Below, piece after piece: positions 19,206 through 29,429 of a stretch of DNA of 64,000 nt (position 1 is its first letter; every line of letters starts with the position of its first letter). The position numbers and the translations under genes are program-made. Source of the DNA: Gammaproteobacteria bacterium (GTDB lineage Bacteria > Pseudomonadota > Gammaproteobacteria > Eutrophobiales > Eutrophobiaceae); the NCBI GenBank assembly GCA_965116495.1, contig OZ220696.1:2208001-2272000 (forward strand). Reading direction: 5' to 3'. The notes beneath the pieces are model-generated. The model worked only from the letters and a program-made list of their open reading frames with translations. It searched no databases and was not told the origin of the DNA.

Positions 19206-20603
19206 TCAGCGCGCCGACTGCATCTGTTTCCACTCGATAAATTCCGGTACCCGAAGCCTGTATCGCGCCAGTGCCGCCTCATGCAGGCGCTGCAATTCAT
19301 CGTCAACCAGACCAATGAACCTGTCGATATCTTCATCAGGGACACGGCCTTCTGTCAGGCATGCAATGGATTCCGCAGTGGCTGCAAGCCTGTCCTTGAC
19401 GATGCGGCCTATGACTGATTCAATTATCGGCCTGTATTTATGCCTGAACGGATCGGGCCTGCCGGCAAGGTCCTTTGAGAGATTGTACCGTTGGCATGAC
19501 CGTTCATAGGCCCAGACGAACACGTCGATCAGCAGGTCGGGCTGGTTCAGTTCGTACACGCCCAGCATCCCTTCAATATAGGTTTTTTTGGGGACGCCAA
19601 CGAACGATAACGGACACAGCCTGTTTTTGATCAGCGGGATGTTGGCGCCCAGCCGCGCCACCCGCTTATTGACATCGGTAAAAGGCTGCAGGTACGGGAT
19701 ATGAACCATCAGGAAAAACGCCTGCTCAAACGGGTCGTCGATGGCCTTTGCCTTGTCCAGAATCAGCCTGAAATACTGCTCTACCTGTTGGGGGACCGCC
19801 ATTGGCATGTAAACAGACCCGCCTATCTCAACGATCTTGTTCCGCAAGCGCCCGCTGTCATCCGGGCCGCTCATTAAACTGTCCGACAATACGGCGTGCA
19901 GGCTCAGGAAGGTGTACATGTTGAAATCCACGTATTCCACCTCCTGAACCAACATCTCTATGGCGCGTTTGTGGTTCAGGATCATCGTCGCCTCAAAAGG
20001 GTCTTTTCCTTCGGCGAGCCTGCCGGCTTCAATCAGGTTCTGTGTGTCCATGAGCGAATAGGTGTTTCCTTCAAGCCTGCTTGATGCCCAAGGCAGGTCT
20101 ATCAGCAACCTGTCAATTAAAACGAGCGGATAGGTCCCGTCATCTGCCTGTCCGGGTTCCTTGAGTGTCCCGATGTTGCGCAGGTGCGCCCTGATGTCGT
20201 CCGGCAAGTAGCTCGTCACATTTGGCCCGTAACTCTCCAGGTAGTCTCTATGGTAGGAGACGGGATCACGGCCGTGAACAGGCCTTTGCACATACTCCCT
20301 GATCGTCTTGCTCTCATCCGACACGGGGATCTGGATTTCAACGTCGGGTTCCGGTATTGCTGAGGAGGCTGGTGATCTGCCAGGTGGCTTCCTGTAATGC
20401 ACCGCACGCGCTTTCCCGACCCGGATGATTTTCCCTTCATCAACGAGGTCTGCCAGCCTGCGCATGAACGTTCGGTGACTTGGAGGGTCATCCTGCATCC
20501 TTTCCTTCAGGGCTTTAAATATGTCAGCGCTACCGAGGCCCTTATCGTTATCGGACGCGAGTACAATCTCTGATATCACTTCTGTTAAATCATTAATTTT
20601 CAT
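19206..20603 (-). CDS. Fic family protein with N-terminal wHTH
   Basis: 'SSRLEGNT', 'MILNHKRA', variant Fic motif 'YLQPFTDVNKRVARL'. Confidence 0.88.
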   Translation of the reverse strand: MKINDLTEVISEIVLASDNDKGLGSADIFKALKERMQDDPPSHRTFMRRLADLVDEGKIIRVGKARAVHYRKPPGRSPASSAIPEPDVEIQIPVSDESKTIREYVQRPVHGRDPVSYHRDYLESYGPNVTSYLPDDIRAHLRNIGTLKEPGQADDGTYPLVLIDRLLIDLPWASSRLEGNTYSLMDTQNLIEAGRLAEGKDPFEATMILNHKRAIEMLVQEVEYVDFNMYTFLSLHAVLSDSLMSGPDDSGRLRNKIVEIGGSVYMPMAVPQQVEQYFRLILDKAKAIDDPFEQAFFLMVHIPYLQPFTDVNKRVARLGANIPLIKNRLCPLSFVGVPKKTYIEGMLGVYELNQPDLLIDVFVWAYERSCQRYNLSKDLAGRPDPFRHKYRPIIESVIGRIVKDRLAATAESIACLTEGRVPDEDIDRFIGLVDDELQRLHEAALARYRLRVPEFIEWKQMQSAR

Positions 20604-20644
20604 ATATCAAACCTGCCTGGCAATGCGTATCAACTACACATAGA

Positions 20645-20686
20645 TGGCACGATACTGGCATAATACTGGCACAATAATGGCACGAT
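20645..20686. promoter_or_regulatory. Four 11-bp tandem repeats (TGGCA(C/T)(G/A)ATA-) upstream of fic; putative operator
   Basis: TGGCACGATAC TGGCATAATAC TGGCACAATAA TGGCACGAT; one helical turn period. Confidence 0.55.
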
Positions 20687-20706
20687 TTCAAGTCGACCAG
20701 CAAAAG

Positions 20707-20829
20707 ACAGTTATAACAAAGACGCTAATCTTGTAGTCCATACATTGCCTGAAAATCGCGGGACTGCGCTGCTTGATTTATTGTCAACATTTGATGACGA
20801 ATTTATAGAAATTCTTGAGGAAATTTACC
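20707..20829 (+). repeat. 123-bp diverged direct repeat, copy 2
   Basis: Matches 18903-19025. Confidence 0.85.
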
Positions 20830-20849
20830 TGAACCAGCCGATTTGATCG

Positions 20850-20890
20850 AATTTAGCAAGTTTATGATATTTTCATAAACTTGCTAAATT
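20850..20890. promoter_or_regulatory. Perfect 18-bp inverted repeat upstream of the AAA ATPase; putative operator
   Basis: AATTTAGCAAGTTTATGA-tattt-TCATAAACTTGCTAAATT, followed by TATAAT and the ATG at 20906. Confidence 0.65.
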
Positions 20891-20905
20891 AGCTATAATT
20901 CTGTC

Positions 20906-22102
20906 ATGGACCCTGTCAGAAATCCCTTTACACCCGGCGCCGGCACACCACCTCCGCAATTAGCTGGGCGTGATGAACTACTGGAACGGATGCGTATCGT
21001 CCTGGAACGCACCCGTCTTGGGCGGCCATCCAAGAGTCTGCTACTGGTGGGGCTGCGTGGTGTCGGAAAGACCGTACTGCTGGGCAAGATGTGTGACGAT
21101 GCTGAGGCTTCGGCTATGCAGACTCTCCGTATTGAAGCGCCTGAGGGCCGTTCCTTGCCTGCCATTCTTGCCCCGCAACTACGTCGGGCGTTATTGCGCT
21201 TGTCTGTTATCGAACAGGCAAGGGAATTGGCACAAAGAGCCCTGCGCGGGTTGGCCGGCTTCGCCACTGCGTTAAAGTTTAAGTACAACGACATTGAAGT
21301 TGGGCTGGATTTCGACACAGAACCTGGGCTCGCAGACAACGGTGATTTGGAACTGGACTTGCAGGCGCTGCTTGAAGTGTCCGGCGCAGCAGTCGCGAGC
21401 GCCGGGACGGGTCTGGCGCTTTTTGTTGATGAGTTGCAATACGTCGATGAAGACCAATTGGCGGCCTTGATTATGGCGCTGCATCGTACCGCCCAGCGTC
21501 GCTTGCCGGTGGTACTCGCAGGAGCGGGGTTGCCGCAATTGCGCGGGCGCATGGGAAAAGCGAAATCCTATGCCGAGCGCTTGTTCGATTTTCCTGAAGT
21601 AGGTCCATTACCTCCAACTGCCGCACGCGTTGCCATTAGCGACCCCGCTGAGGCCGAAGGTGAAAGCATAGACACAGATGCGCTGGATTACATTATTTCG
21701 GAAACACAGGGTTATCCTTATTTTTTACAGGAATGGGGCAAACAGGCATGGGATATCACCGAATCATCCCCTATCACTATGGAAGACGTGGAAAAAGCTT
21801 CTCAGAGTGCGATTGCTGCATTGGACGAAGGTTTCTTTCGCGTACGCTTTGATCGACTGACGCCTTCCGAAAAGCGTTACCTGCGCGCTATGGCGGAATT
21901 GGGGCCTGGACCTCACCGTTCAGGTTCTATCGCCGAAGTACTGGAACGCGGGGTGACCTCTCTTGCTCCTGTCCGCAGCCAACTTATAGCGAAGGGGATG
22001 ATCTGGAGTCCCAGCCATGGTGACACAACTTTCACGGTACCACTGTTTGACGGCTTCATGCGGCGCATCATGCCCGACGACGACTGGAAAACTGTATCCT
22101 GA
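20906..22102 (+). CDS. AAA+ ATPase (AAA_16-like) with C-terminal wHTH
   Basis: 'NPFTPGAG.PP.LAGRD', Walker A 'GLRGVGKT', Walker B 'LFVDELQ', 'GYPYFLQEWG'. Confidence 0.85.
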   Translation: MDPVRNPFTPGAGTPPPQLAGRDELLERMRIVLERTRLGRPSKSLLLVGLRGVGKTVLLGKMCDDAEASAMQTLRIEAPEGRSLPAILAPQLRRALLRLSVIEQARELAQRALRGLAGFATALKFKYNDIEVGLDFDTEPGLADNGDLELDLQALLEVSGAAVASAGTGLALFVDELQYVDEDQLAALIMALHRTAQRRLPVVLAGAGLPQLRGRMGKAKSYAERLFDFPEVGPLPPTAARVAISDPAEAEGESIDTDALDYIISETQGYPYFLQEWGKQAWDITESSPITMEDVEKASQSAIAALDEGFFRVRFDRLTPSEKRYLRAMAELGPGPHRSGSIAEVLERGVTSLAPVRSQLIAKGMIWSPSHGDTTFTVPLFDGFMRRIMPDDDWKTVS

Positions 22103-22185
22103 AGCACAGAGCCTGATAGCGTATTTCCCTCCCGGGGAGAGGGATGCCTACCCTGACTTATCCCTGAACCGGAAAATGACATGCA

Positions 22186-23007
22186 TCAATGCCCCCTGAT
22201 CCACTCCATCACCCTGCCCGCCCAGAGCCCGTCCGGGTCGCCGCATGCCAGGTTGGCCTGCAAATGGTCGCAACCCTCCAGTTCCAGGCTGGCAGTCTCA
22301 CCCCCTGCATTCCGCAGAGCCCGTTCCATCTTGTGCGCCTGGGTGATCAGGTGGGGGAAATCCCCGCTGCCCCAGGACAGGAAGAATGGCGGCGGCGTAC
22401 CCTGGATATTGCAGATGGGGCTGGCCGCTTCTTCGTTGCCGACCGGACCCAGGAAGCGCGGGCGCATGGACAGGCCTGAGCCTTCACGGAAGTCGAACAC
22501 GCCGGAGACGGGCAGGCAGCCGCGTACGACGTCCACGGGCAGCCCGTAGTCTTCCTGCCAGTCCTTGCGCACAGCCATCAGGCTGGTCTGGTGTCCGCCC
22601 GCGGAATGGCCGGATATGAACAGGCGGTCCGGGTCGCCGGACAGCTTGTCGACGTTCTCATAAACCCATTTCAGCCCGCTCATGCAGTCGTCCAGCCCGG
22701 CCGGGAAGATGTGGGCCGGGGCCAGCCGGTAACCGATGCTGACGAAACCGATGCCGGCCTGGTTGAAGACCGGCGCCATGAATGCCATCCACTCCTTATA
22801 GCCGCTGGTCCAGCCGCCGCCGTGGATCATGATGAACACGTTGCCGTCGGGGTCCGGCGCCGGGAACCAGAGCACGCTCTGGTAGGGATCCGGCCCGTAG
22901 TTGTCTTCGGCGCCGCCGATTTCCGCGGCTTTCTCCAGCAAGTACCTGTTGTATTCCCTGGCGAAGTCGGATACGGGTTCATGTGGGGGGTAGTCTTCGG
23001 GTTTCAT
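22186..23007 (-). CDS. Alpha/beta hydrolase (HSL / kynurenine formamidase-like)
   Basis: 'HGGGW' oxyanion motif, 'GHSAGG' nucleophile, 'YRLAP'. Confidence 0.88.
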   Translation of the reverse strand: MKPEDYPPHEPVSDFAREYNRYLLEKAAEIGGAEDNYGPDPYQSVLWFPAPDPDGNVFIMIHGGGWTSGYKEWMAFMAPVFNQAGIGFVSIGYRLAPAHIFPAGLDDCMSGLKWVYENVDKLSGDPDRLFISGHSAGGHQTSLMAVRKDWQEDYGLPVDVVRGCLPVSGVFDFREGSGLSMRPRFLGPVGNEEAASPICNIQGTPPPFFLSWGSGDFPHLITQAHKMERALRNAGGETASLELEGCDHLQANLACGDPDGLWAGRVMEWIRGH

Positions 23008-23196
23008 GGTGTTTGTTCCAGTGATTTGTGGGTTATGAATCTGGTTAGTATCCGGTTAAGGCGGATTGTTGTAAACCAATTATATCCAAGTTGCAGGATG
23101 TCATAAATTTCGTGATTGTATGATCGGGCGGAAGTTGTGGTTACAATGGCTGACAGGCCGATCTGTTATTCATGTTAACCAACCCGGGGGGCAGTC

Positions 23197-24363
23197 ATGG
23201 AATCCATAGCACAATCATCGGAGTTGCGTCAGGAATTGGAATCGGGCCGGTTTCTGGCCGCGGTGTTCATGACCGGGGTGCTGGGAATCGCTTCGTTCCT
23301 GGTGCTGCCTTCCCTCGTTCTCGGATTTGTCTCCGACCTCGGCTTCACTGAGCTTCAAATCGGCAGGATATCCACTTTCCAGTTGCTGGGGCTCGGTCTT
23401 GGTTCCGTTGCCAGCGTTTTCCTGATGAAACACCTCGATTGGAGGAACCTGTCGCGTTTCGGGCTGGCGCTGCTCCTGGCCGGCGATTTCGTCTGTACGT
23501 TGACCGGGGACTTTACATCTTTGCTGGTCCTGCGTTTTATCTCCGGGTTTGCCGGAGGGGTGTGCGTTTCATTTGCTGCCTACGGACTGGGGCTGACGGC
23601 CAATACGGACCGGAATTTCGGTATATTCATGACTGTACAGGTGGGTTTTGCCATTATCGCCAGTTTTTCTTTTCCGTCTGTACTTGACCTGGCGGGTCTG
23701 GATGGAATCTTTTTTGTCCTGTGTCTGCTGGAACTGGCGGGTATTATTCTGGTCTCCCGTTTCATGCCTGCAAAGCGCTGGGAAAGCGCATCACGGGAGC
23801 ATGGCAATGACCGCTTCCACTGGGCCATGTGTACGCTGGTGATGATCGGGCTCGTCTTCTTTTTCACGGCCATCGGCATGTTCTGGACTTATATTGCGCC
23901 CATTGGTCTTGATGCGGGGTTGAGCAAGCAACAGACCGGCAACGCGGTGAGTATCGCATTGTTCGGGGCATTGCTGGGCGCCTATGCCGCCGCCGCATTT
24001 AACATCAAATTTGGCCGGGTGCTGCCGCTGACGCTGACACTGGCCTTGCAACTGCTCGCATTGCTGCTGCTTTACCAGGGACTTGACTACCTGATGTTCT
24101 GCGCCGCTGCTGCGCTGTTCGGCTTCGGCTGGTACATGTACGTCCCTTACCAATTCGCGCTGCTGGCTGAGTTCGATAAGGACGGCAGGCCCATGCTCCT
24201 GTTGAATGCTGTCGCCGGCCTGGGTTCAGGCCTGGGACCGGCCATTGCCGCGTATACCCTGGCGGGCGGTTACTCCCTGCTCTATATGCTCTGCGCCCTG
24301 TTCCTGGTCTTGTCGCTGGCGTGGCACCTGGCGGCGATCGGTCTGGGGAAGAAATACCTGTAA
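23197..24363 (+). CDS. MFS transporter
   Basis: About 12 hydrophobic segments, 'LRFISGFAGG'. Confidence 0.85.
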   Translation: MESIAQSSELRQELESGRFLAAVFMTGVLGIASFLVLPSLVLGFVSDLGFTELQIGRISTFQLLGLGLGSVASVFLMKHLDWRNLSRFGLALLLAGDFVCTLTGDFTSLLVLRFISGFAGGVCVSFAAYGLGLTANTDRNFGIFMTVQVGFAIIASFSFPSVLDLAGLDGIFFVLCLLELAGIILVSRFMPAKRWESASREHGNDRFHWAMCTLVMIGLVFFFTAIGMFWTYIAPIGLDAGLSKQQTGNAVSIALFGALLGAYAAAAFNIKFGRVLPLTLTLALQLLALLLLYQGLDYLMFCAAAALFGFGWYMYVPYQFALLAEFDKDGRPMLLLNAVAGLGSGLGPAIAAYTLAGGYSLLYMLCALFLVLSLAWHLAAIGLGKKYL

Positions 24364-24386
24364 TCCGCGCTGGAACCTGTTGAGTC

Positions 24387-25769
24387 ATGAAACATATCAC
24401 TGAACCTTCCGCGGCGGACTGGCTTGCCCGGCTGAAAAATGGCGATATCTCGTCGGTGGAACTGGTCGAGCAGACCATCGCCCGGATTAACGAGGTCAAC
24501 CCGAAGCTGAACGCTGTAGTGGCGCATGACCCGGAAACCTGCGTCAGGCTGGCACAGGAGGCAGACATGCAACGCCGCAAGGGAACGGAACTGCCGCTGC
24601 TCGGCCTGCCTGTCACCGTGAAGGATTCAATAGATGCGGCCGGTTTCCCCTGCACCGGTGGTTCGTTTGCGCGCGAGCATTTCCGCCCGGACAAGGATTC
24701 CACCGTCGTGGCGCGCCTGCGTAAGGCAGGGGCTATCGTGGTTGCAAAGACCAATCTCCCCGAATATTCCTCTTCCTACGAGACCGACAACGCCATTTTC
24801 GGTTGTACCAACAATCCGTTCGATACACAACGCACCGCGGGCGGCTCCACCGGTGGTGAGGGCGCCCTGCTGGGCGCTGATGCCTCACTTGCCGGTATTG
24901 GCCTGGACGGCGGCGGCTCCATCCGCGTGCCCAGCCATTACTGCGGCATTTACGGCATCAGGCCGACTACGGGACGGGTGCCGGACACGGGAACCTGGCC
25001 GGAAACCCGGGATACGGGCTACCGGGACCTGATGTGCGTCGGGCCGATGGCGCGCTATGCCGAGGATCTGGCGCTGATATTGCCGGTCATCTCGGGGGCG
25101 GACTGGATAGATCCCTATGCGGTACCGGCGCCGCTGTTCTCGCCGGACGATGTGATTGTGAGCGAATTGCGCATTGGTTTTTACACTCATGACGGCGTCG
25201 CCAAAGTCAGCCAGGAAACCGAACAAGCAGTGGCGCGCATTGTGGAGGCCATGGAGCAGGCCGGTTGCCGAGTCACAGAGGCAGATTTACCGGACGTAAC
25301 TGATGCGACCGAAATCTTCTTTTCCATGGCAGGTGCGGACGGCGGCGTTCGCACCCTGAAAGATCTCAAGGGGGCAGATGACCGGCATCATATACAGTTC
25401 AAAACCTTGCTGGACGGTTTCGGCGAGTCCACGAGCCTGCCTGACTTTTTCGACCTGCAGGGCCGCTTTTTTGACTTCCGGGCACGCATGCGCCAATTCA
25501 TGAGTGGCTATGACCTCGTTATCGCGCCGGTGACTACCGGACCGGCGCCGCGCCACATGGAAACACCTTACGGCATTCCACAGGACGAATACTTTCTATA
25601 CCGCGCCTTCAACTATGTCCATACCTATGCCCTGGCCGGATTGCCTGTCGCCGTTGCCCCAGCAGGCGCCCAGGACGGGCTGCCGCTGGGAGTGCAGCTT
25701 GCCGCTCAGCCTTTTCGGGAAGATGTAGCGCTGGCTGTGGCCGCGTATTTGCAGGAAAACCTGGGTTAA
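24387..25769 (+). CDS. Amidase signature family enzyme
   Basis: 'GLPVTVKD', 'GGSTGGEGA', 'GLDGGGSIRVP'. Confidence 0.92.
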   Translation: MKHITEPSAADWLARLKNGDISSVELVEQTIARINEVNPKLNAVVAHDPETCVRLAQEADMQRRKGTELPLLGLPVTVKDSIDAAGFPCTGGSFAREHFRPDKDSTVVARLRKAGAIVVAKTNLPEYSSSYETDNAIFGCTNNPFDTQRTAGGSTGGEGALLGADASLAGIGLDGGGSIRVPSHYCGIYGIRPTTGRVPDTGTWPETRDTGYRDLMCVGPMARYAEDLALILPVISGADWIDPYAVPAPLFSPDDVIVSELRIGFYTHDGVAKVSQETEQAVARIVEAMEQAGCRVTEADLPDVTDATEIFFSMAGADGGVRTLKDLKGADDRHHIQFKTLLDGFGESTSLPDFFDLQGRFFDFRARMRQFMSGYDLVIAPVTTGPAPRHMETPYGIPQDEYFLYRAFNYVHTYALAGLPVAVAPAGAQDGLPLGVQLAAQPFREDVALAVAAYLQENLG

Positions 25770-25847
25770 AGAATTAGTTGCTTACTGGATTCCTGCTTTG
25801 CAGAAATGACAGCGGGAACCTGCGTTATAATTTCTTGTGCTTTTTTC

Positions 25848-27968
25848 TCAACGCCCAGGTACCAGGTTTGCCGGCATATACTCCGGGTCGTGGGCGCGTT
25901 TAATGATGTAGGCATGTATAGCGTCTGTTTCAGCTTTCTCCAGGTGCCCGGTAAAGCCGGGCATGCCTTTTGCCAGGCGCGCGCCGCCCAGGACGATTGC
26001 GTCCCAGAGAGTATGGGTGGCCGTATCCATGTAGCGTAAATCCGGGAGGACGCCGGCGCTGATACCGGCATCACCGTGGCAACGGGAGCAGTACTGGTGG
26101 TACAGCAGCTTGCCCAGGACTACGGTGTCAGCATCGGCTGTGTGCGCCGGTGGCGCCGGTGGTTCAGGTAACGGCGGGAGCGGCGGCAGTTCAGCGGTGC
26201 CGTCCAACGTGTAGGCCACGATACGGTTCAGCGCCCGCGCCCCGGCCCACTTGGCAACGATGCCTGATTCAATGCCGAAGGCCGTCCCGTAACCGGCCAT
26301 CACCGCCACGTACTGTTTGCCGCCCACCTGGTAGGTGACCGGCCCGGCCAGCACCGCGGTCTGGGCGTCGTGAGCCCAGAGACGTTCACCGCTGTCGGCA
26401 GCATAGGCGATAAACTCGCCATGGGAGGTGCCCTGGAACACCAGGTTACCGGCGGTCGCCAGCACGCCGCCGTTCCAGGCGATCGGGTGCTCCACGGTCC
26501 AGCGCGCCTGTTGTTCCAGGGGATCCCAGGCCAGCAGGTAACCCTTGAGCAGTTCGGAAATCCCTTTCTGGATTGCCGGGTCTTCCGGCATGGAGGCGAT
26601 GACCGGGTCCAGGCCGGTGTTCACCGTGACCTTGCTGAACTCGAACTGTTCCACTTCCTTGTACACCCAGGGCAGGTCCTGCGCCGGGATATAAACCAGC
26701 CCGGTGCCGGGGTGGTAGGCCATCGGATGCCAATTGTGGCCGCCGGGCGCAGCCGGCGAACTGGCGAACTCGCCGTCCTGGTAGCGGGCATTGGGCGCTT
26801 CGACGGGACGCCCGGTACGCATGTCGATGCGCAAGGCCCAGGTCACCTCGACGAAAGGCTCGGCCGACAGCAGTTCGCCGTCGGTCCGGTCGATGACGTA
26901 GAAGAACCCGTTTTTCGGCGCTTGCATGAGCACCTTGCGCGGTTCGCCGTCAATCTCCAGGTCCGCCAGCATGATATGTTGTGTGGCGGTGAAGTCCCAG
27001 GTATCGCCGGGCGCGGTCTGGTAGTGCCAGACGTATTTGCCTGTGTCCGCATCCAGGGCGACGATGGACGCCAGGAACAGGTTGTCACCGCCGCCCGGAC
27101 TGCGCACGCGCCGGTTCCAGGGGGTGCCGTTGCCTACACCCAGGTATACAAGGTTCAGTTCCGGGTCATAGCTGATGGCATCCCATACGGTGCCGCCACC
27201 GCCGTATTGCCACCACTCACCGGTCCAGGTCTCTGCGGCCTGTTCCAGGATGGGGTTTTCAAAGGGCAGTGCAGGATCGCCGGGTACCGTGTAGAAACGC
27301 CACACCTGCTCGCCGGTTGCAGCATCATAGGCCGTGACGAAACCCCGTGCGTCAAACTCTGCGCCGCCATTGCCGATAAGCACCTTGCCGTTGACGACCC
27401 GGGGGGCGCCGGTGATGGTGTAGCGCAGGTCGCCCGGCGTGGTCTGCACCGACCAGACTTCCTCGCCGCTTGCAATATCCAGCGCTATCAGCCTGCCGTC
27501 CAGCGTACCCACGTAAACCATGTCGCGCCACAGCGCAAGGCCGCGGTTGACCACGTCGCAACAGGCATCGATGCCTTTCTGTGGCGGCACCTGGGGGTCG
27601 TATTCCCACAGCAGTTCGCCGGCGGCGGCATCCAGCGCATAGACCCGGCTCCAGGTGCCGGTGGTGTACATGCGCCCTTCTGCGATCAGGGGCGTTGCTT
27701 CCAACCCGCGTTTGCTGGGCAGATCCAGGTGCCAGGCAAGTTTCAGTTGCGCCACGTTCTGCGCATTGATTTCACCCAGTGGACTGTAGCGTTGTTCACT
27801 GTAAGTGCGGCCGTGGTTCAACCAGTTGTGGGGTTCCGTATCGGCATTCACGAGGCGCTCATCACTGACCCCGGCGGTATCGGAGTCCTGCGGCGCTTCG
27901 CTGCGGTCGCAGGCGGCTAGCAGCAGGCATACAATAAAAAATCCGGTCGATACAAAACGAGCGCTCAT
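25848..27968 (-). CDS. PQQ-dependent quinohemoprotein alcohol dehydrogenase (type II, C-terminal cytochrome c)
   Basis: Lipoprotein-like signal, 'CCDVVNRG', PQQ beta-propeller W motifs, 'GGHNW', heme motif 'CSRCH'. Confidence 0.92.
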   Translation of the reverse strand: MSARFVSTGFFIVCLLLAACDRSEAPQDSDTAGVSDERLVNADTEPHNWLNHGRTYSEQRYSPLGEINAQNVAQLKLAWHLDLPSKRGLEATPLIAEGRMYTTGTWSRVYALDAAAGELLWEYDPQVPPQKGIDACCDVVNRGLALWRDMVYVGTLDGRLIALDIASGEEVWSVQTTPGDLRYTITGAPRVVNGKVLIGNGGAEFDARGFVTAYDAATGEQVWRFYTVPGDPALPFENPILEQAAETWTGEWWQYGGGGTVWDAISYDPELNLVYLGVGNGTPWNRRVRSPGGGDNLFLASIVALDADTGKYVWHYQTAPGDTWDFTATQHIMLADLEIDGEPRKVLMQAPKNGFFYVIDRTDGELLSAEPFVEVTWALRIDMRTGRPVEAPNARYQDGEFASSPAAPGGHNWHPMAYHPGTGLVYIPAQDLPWVYKEVEQFEFSKVTVNTGLDPVIASMPEDPAIQKGISELLKGYLLAWDPLEQQARWTVEHPIAWNGGVLATAGNLVFQGTSHGEFIAYAADSGERLWAHDAQTAVLAGPVTYQVGGKQYVAVMAGYGTAFGIESGIVAKWAGARALNRIVAYTLDGTAELPPLPPLPEPPAPPAHTADADTVVLGKLLYHQYCSRCHGDAGISAGVLPDLRYMDTATHTLWDAIVLGGARLAKGMPGFTGHLEKAETDAIHAYIIKRAHDPEYMPANLVPGR

Positions 27969-28018
27969 GGTTATAATTATATTGCAAAAACAATCAATGA
28001 AAAACGACGCGGAGATTC

Positions 28019-29302
28019 ATGGCTGACACACCTATCAGAGAGATGGAAGACAACATCGACGGATTGAATAAACGCCTGGAACCGTATCCCGACTACCTGA
28101 AGGCGGAACTGGGCCTGCGCAACCACTGGTACGCCGCGCTGTTCGGCCATGAACTGGAAGAAGGGAAATGCAAGGGTGAGATGATAATGGGGGAACGGAT
28201 CCTGTTCAAACGGGTTGACAGCGATGTGTACGCCATCGCTGATCGGTGCCCCCATCGCGGCGCGGCCTTTTCCGCCCGGCCCGAATGCTATACGAAAAAC
28301 ACGGTGACCTGCTGGTTCCATGGTTTTACCATCGATGTGCGGGATGGGATGCTCGTGCAGATCGTTACCGACCCGGACAGCAGGCTGATCGGCAGGCTCA
28401 AGCACAAGACTTACCCGGTCAGGGAGATTAACGGGGTTGTCTTTGTGTTCATGGGCGACATGGACCCGCCGCCGCCCATAGAACAGGACCTGCAGCCTAA
28501 ATTCCTGCGGCCCAAACTGGCGTTCCACCCGGTCGCCCGCAACAAGTTCCGGGCCAACTGGCGCATTGCCGCGGAGAACGGTTTCGACGCCGCCCACCTG
28601 TACGCCCACCGCAAGGCCGGCATATTCGATTTCACCGATGCCAGCATGCCCCTCTCCAGTTTCCCGAAAACACCGGATTCACTGGAGATCATCGACAACG
28701 ACGAGGGTCCCTGGGGCATCGTCAAGGTGGATGACTACACGGTCTGGACGACGGAGATCGAGGGCAAGACCGTGAACGCGGTGAACCTGGACCCGGACAA
28801 CATCCCTCCCCCGGATGTGCCCCAGGAGACCGTTGTCGGCATTTATCTGCCCTGCGGACTGGAAGTGGACTGGTGGCCGGCCCCCGGGGTGCTGCACTTT
28901 GAGTGGTTCACACCCATCGACGAAGACCACCACATGTATTTTATCTGCCATGCCACCGAAGTGAATTCGGAAGAGGAAGCAGAAGCCTTCTACAAGACCT
29001 GCCGGGAAGAATACATACCGGTCACCTGGAAGGCGGCAACGGACCAGGCCGCGCCCATGGGTGACGGCACCGAATGGGGTTTCAACAACTTCGACGCCTT
29101 CGGACGGGAGCAGATCCACCATGTGTATCAATACGAAGACTTCTGGCACCAGGAAAAACTGATCCGCCCCGACATGACCGTATCGAAATGGCGCATGCTG
29201 GCCAACAAGCGCATGCGCGGCATACAGCAGCGCCGGGGCTGGGCCAGGATGCAAGGCTGGTCGCCGGACGGGCAGGACTATGACCCGAAGAAGACCTGGT
29301 AG
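28019..29302 (+). CDS. Rieske oxygenase of the carbazole 1,9a-dioxygenase / 2-oxoquinoline 8-monooxygenase (CarAa/OxoO) group
   Basis: 'AELGLRNHWY', 'CPHRG...TVTCWFHG', 'NWRIAAENGFDAAH', 'FEWFTPIDE', 'GFNNFD'. Confidence 0.8.
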   Translation: MADTPIREMEDNIDGLNKRLEPYPDYLKAELGLRNHWYAALFGHELEEGKCKGEMIMGERILFKRVDSDVYAIADRCPHRGAAFSARPECYTKNTVTCWFHGFTIDVRDGMLVQIVTDPDSRLIGRLKHKTYPVREINGVVFVFMGDMDPPPPIEQDLQPKFLRPKLAFHPVARNKFRANWRIAAENGFDAAHLYAHRKAGIFDFTDASMPLSSFPKTPDSLEIIDNDEGPWGIVKVDDYTVWTTEIEGKTVNAVNLDPDNIPPPDVPQETVVGIYLPCGLEVDWWPAPGVLHFEWFTPIDEDHHMYFICHATEVNSEEEAEAFYKTCREEYIPVTWKAATDQAAPMGDGTEWGFNNFDAFGREQIHHVYQYEDFWHQEKLIRPDMTVSKWRMLANKRMRGIQQRRGWARMQGWSPDGQDYDPKKTW

Positions 29303-29318
29303 ATGTTGGGTTTACCTT

Positions 29319-29388
29319 GGGGACGGACTTACGTTCGTCCCCGGATGAGTCTGGGACTGTTTGGGGACGGACTTAAGTCCGTCCCCAG
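29319..29388. repeat. Tandem GGGGAC(G/A)G...C(C/T)GTCCCC palindromes (REP-like family B)
   Basis: GGGGACGGACTTACGTTCGTCCCC and GGGGACGGACTTAAGTCCGTCCCC; related motifs at about 1078-1104, 48243-48265, 52783-52808 and 54887-54903. Confidence 0.65.
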
Positions 29389-29429
29389 ATACGTACGGGG
29401 ATAACGAAAAACAATAGAGACTGAATAAA

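Noticed and set aside
26370-27920. 516-aa antisense ORF (and similar shadow ORFs at 259-1113, 34469-35281, 56834-57544)
   Set aside because: These overlap well-supported genes in GC-rich sequence and show no motifs.
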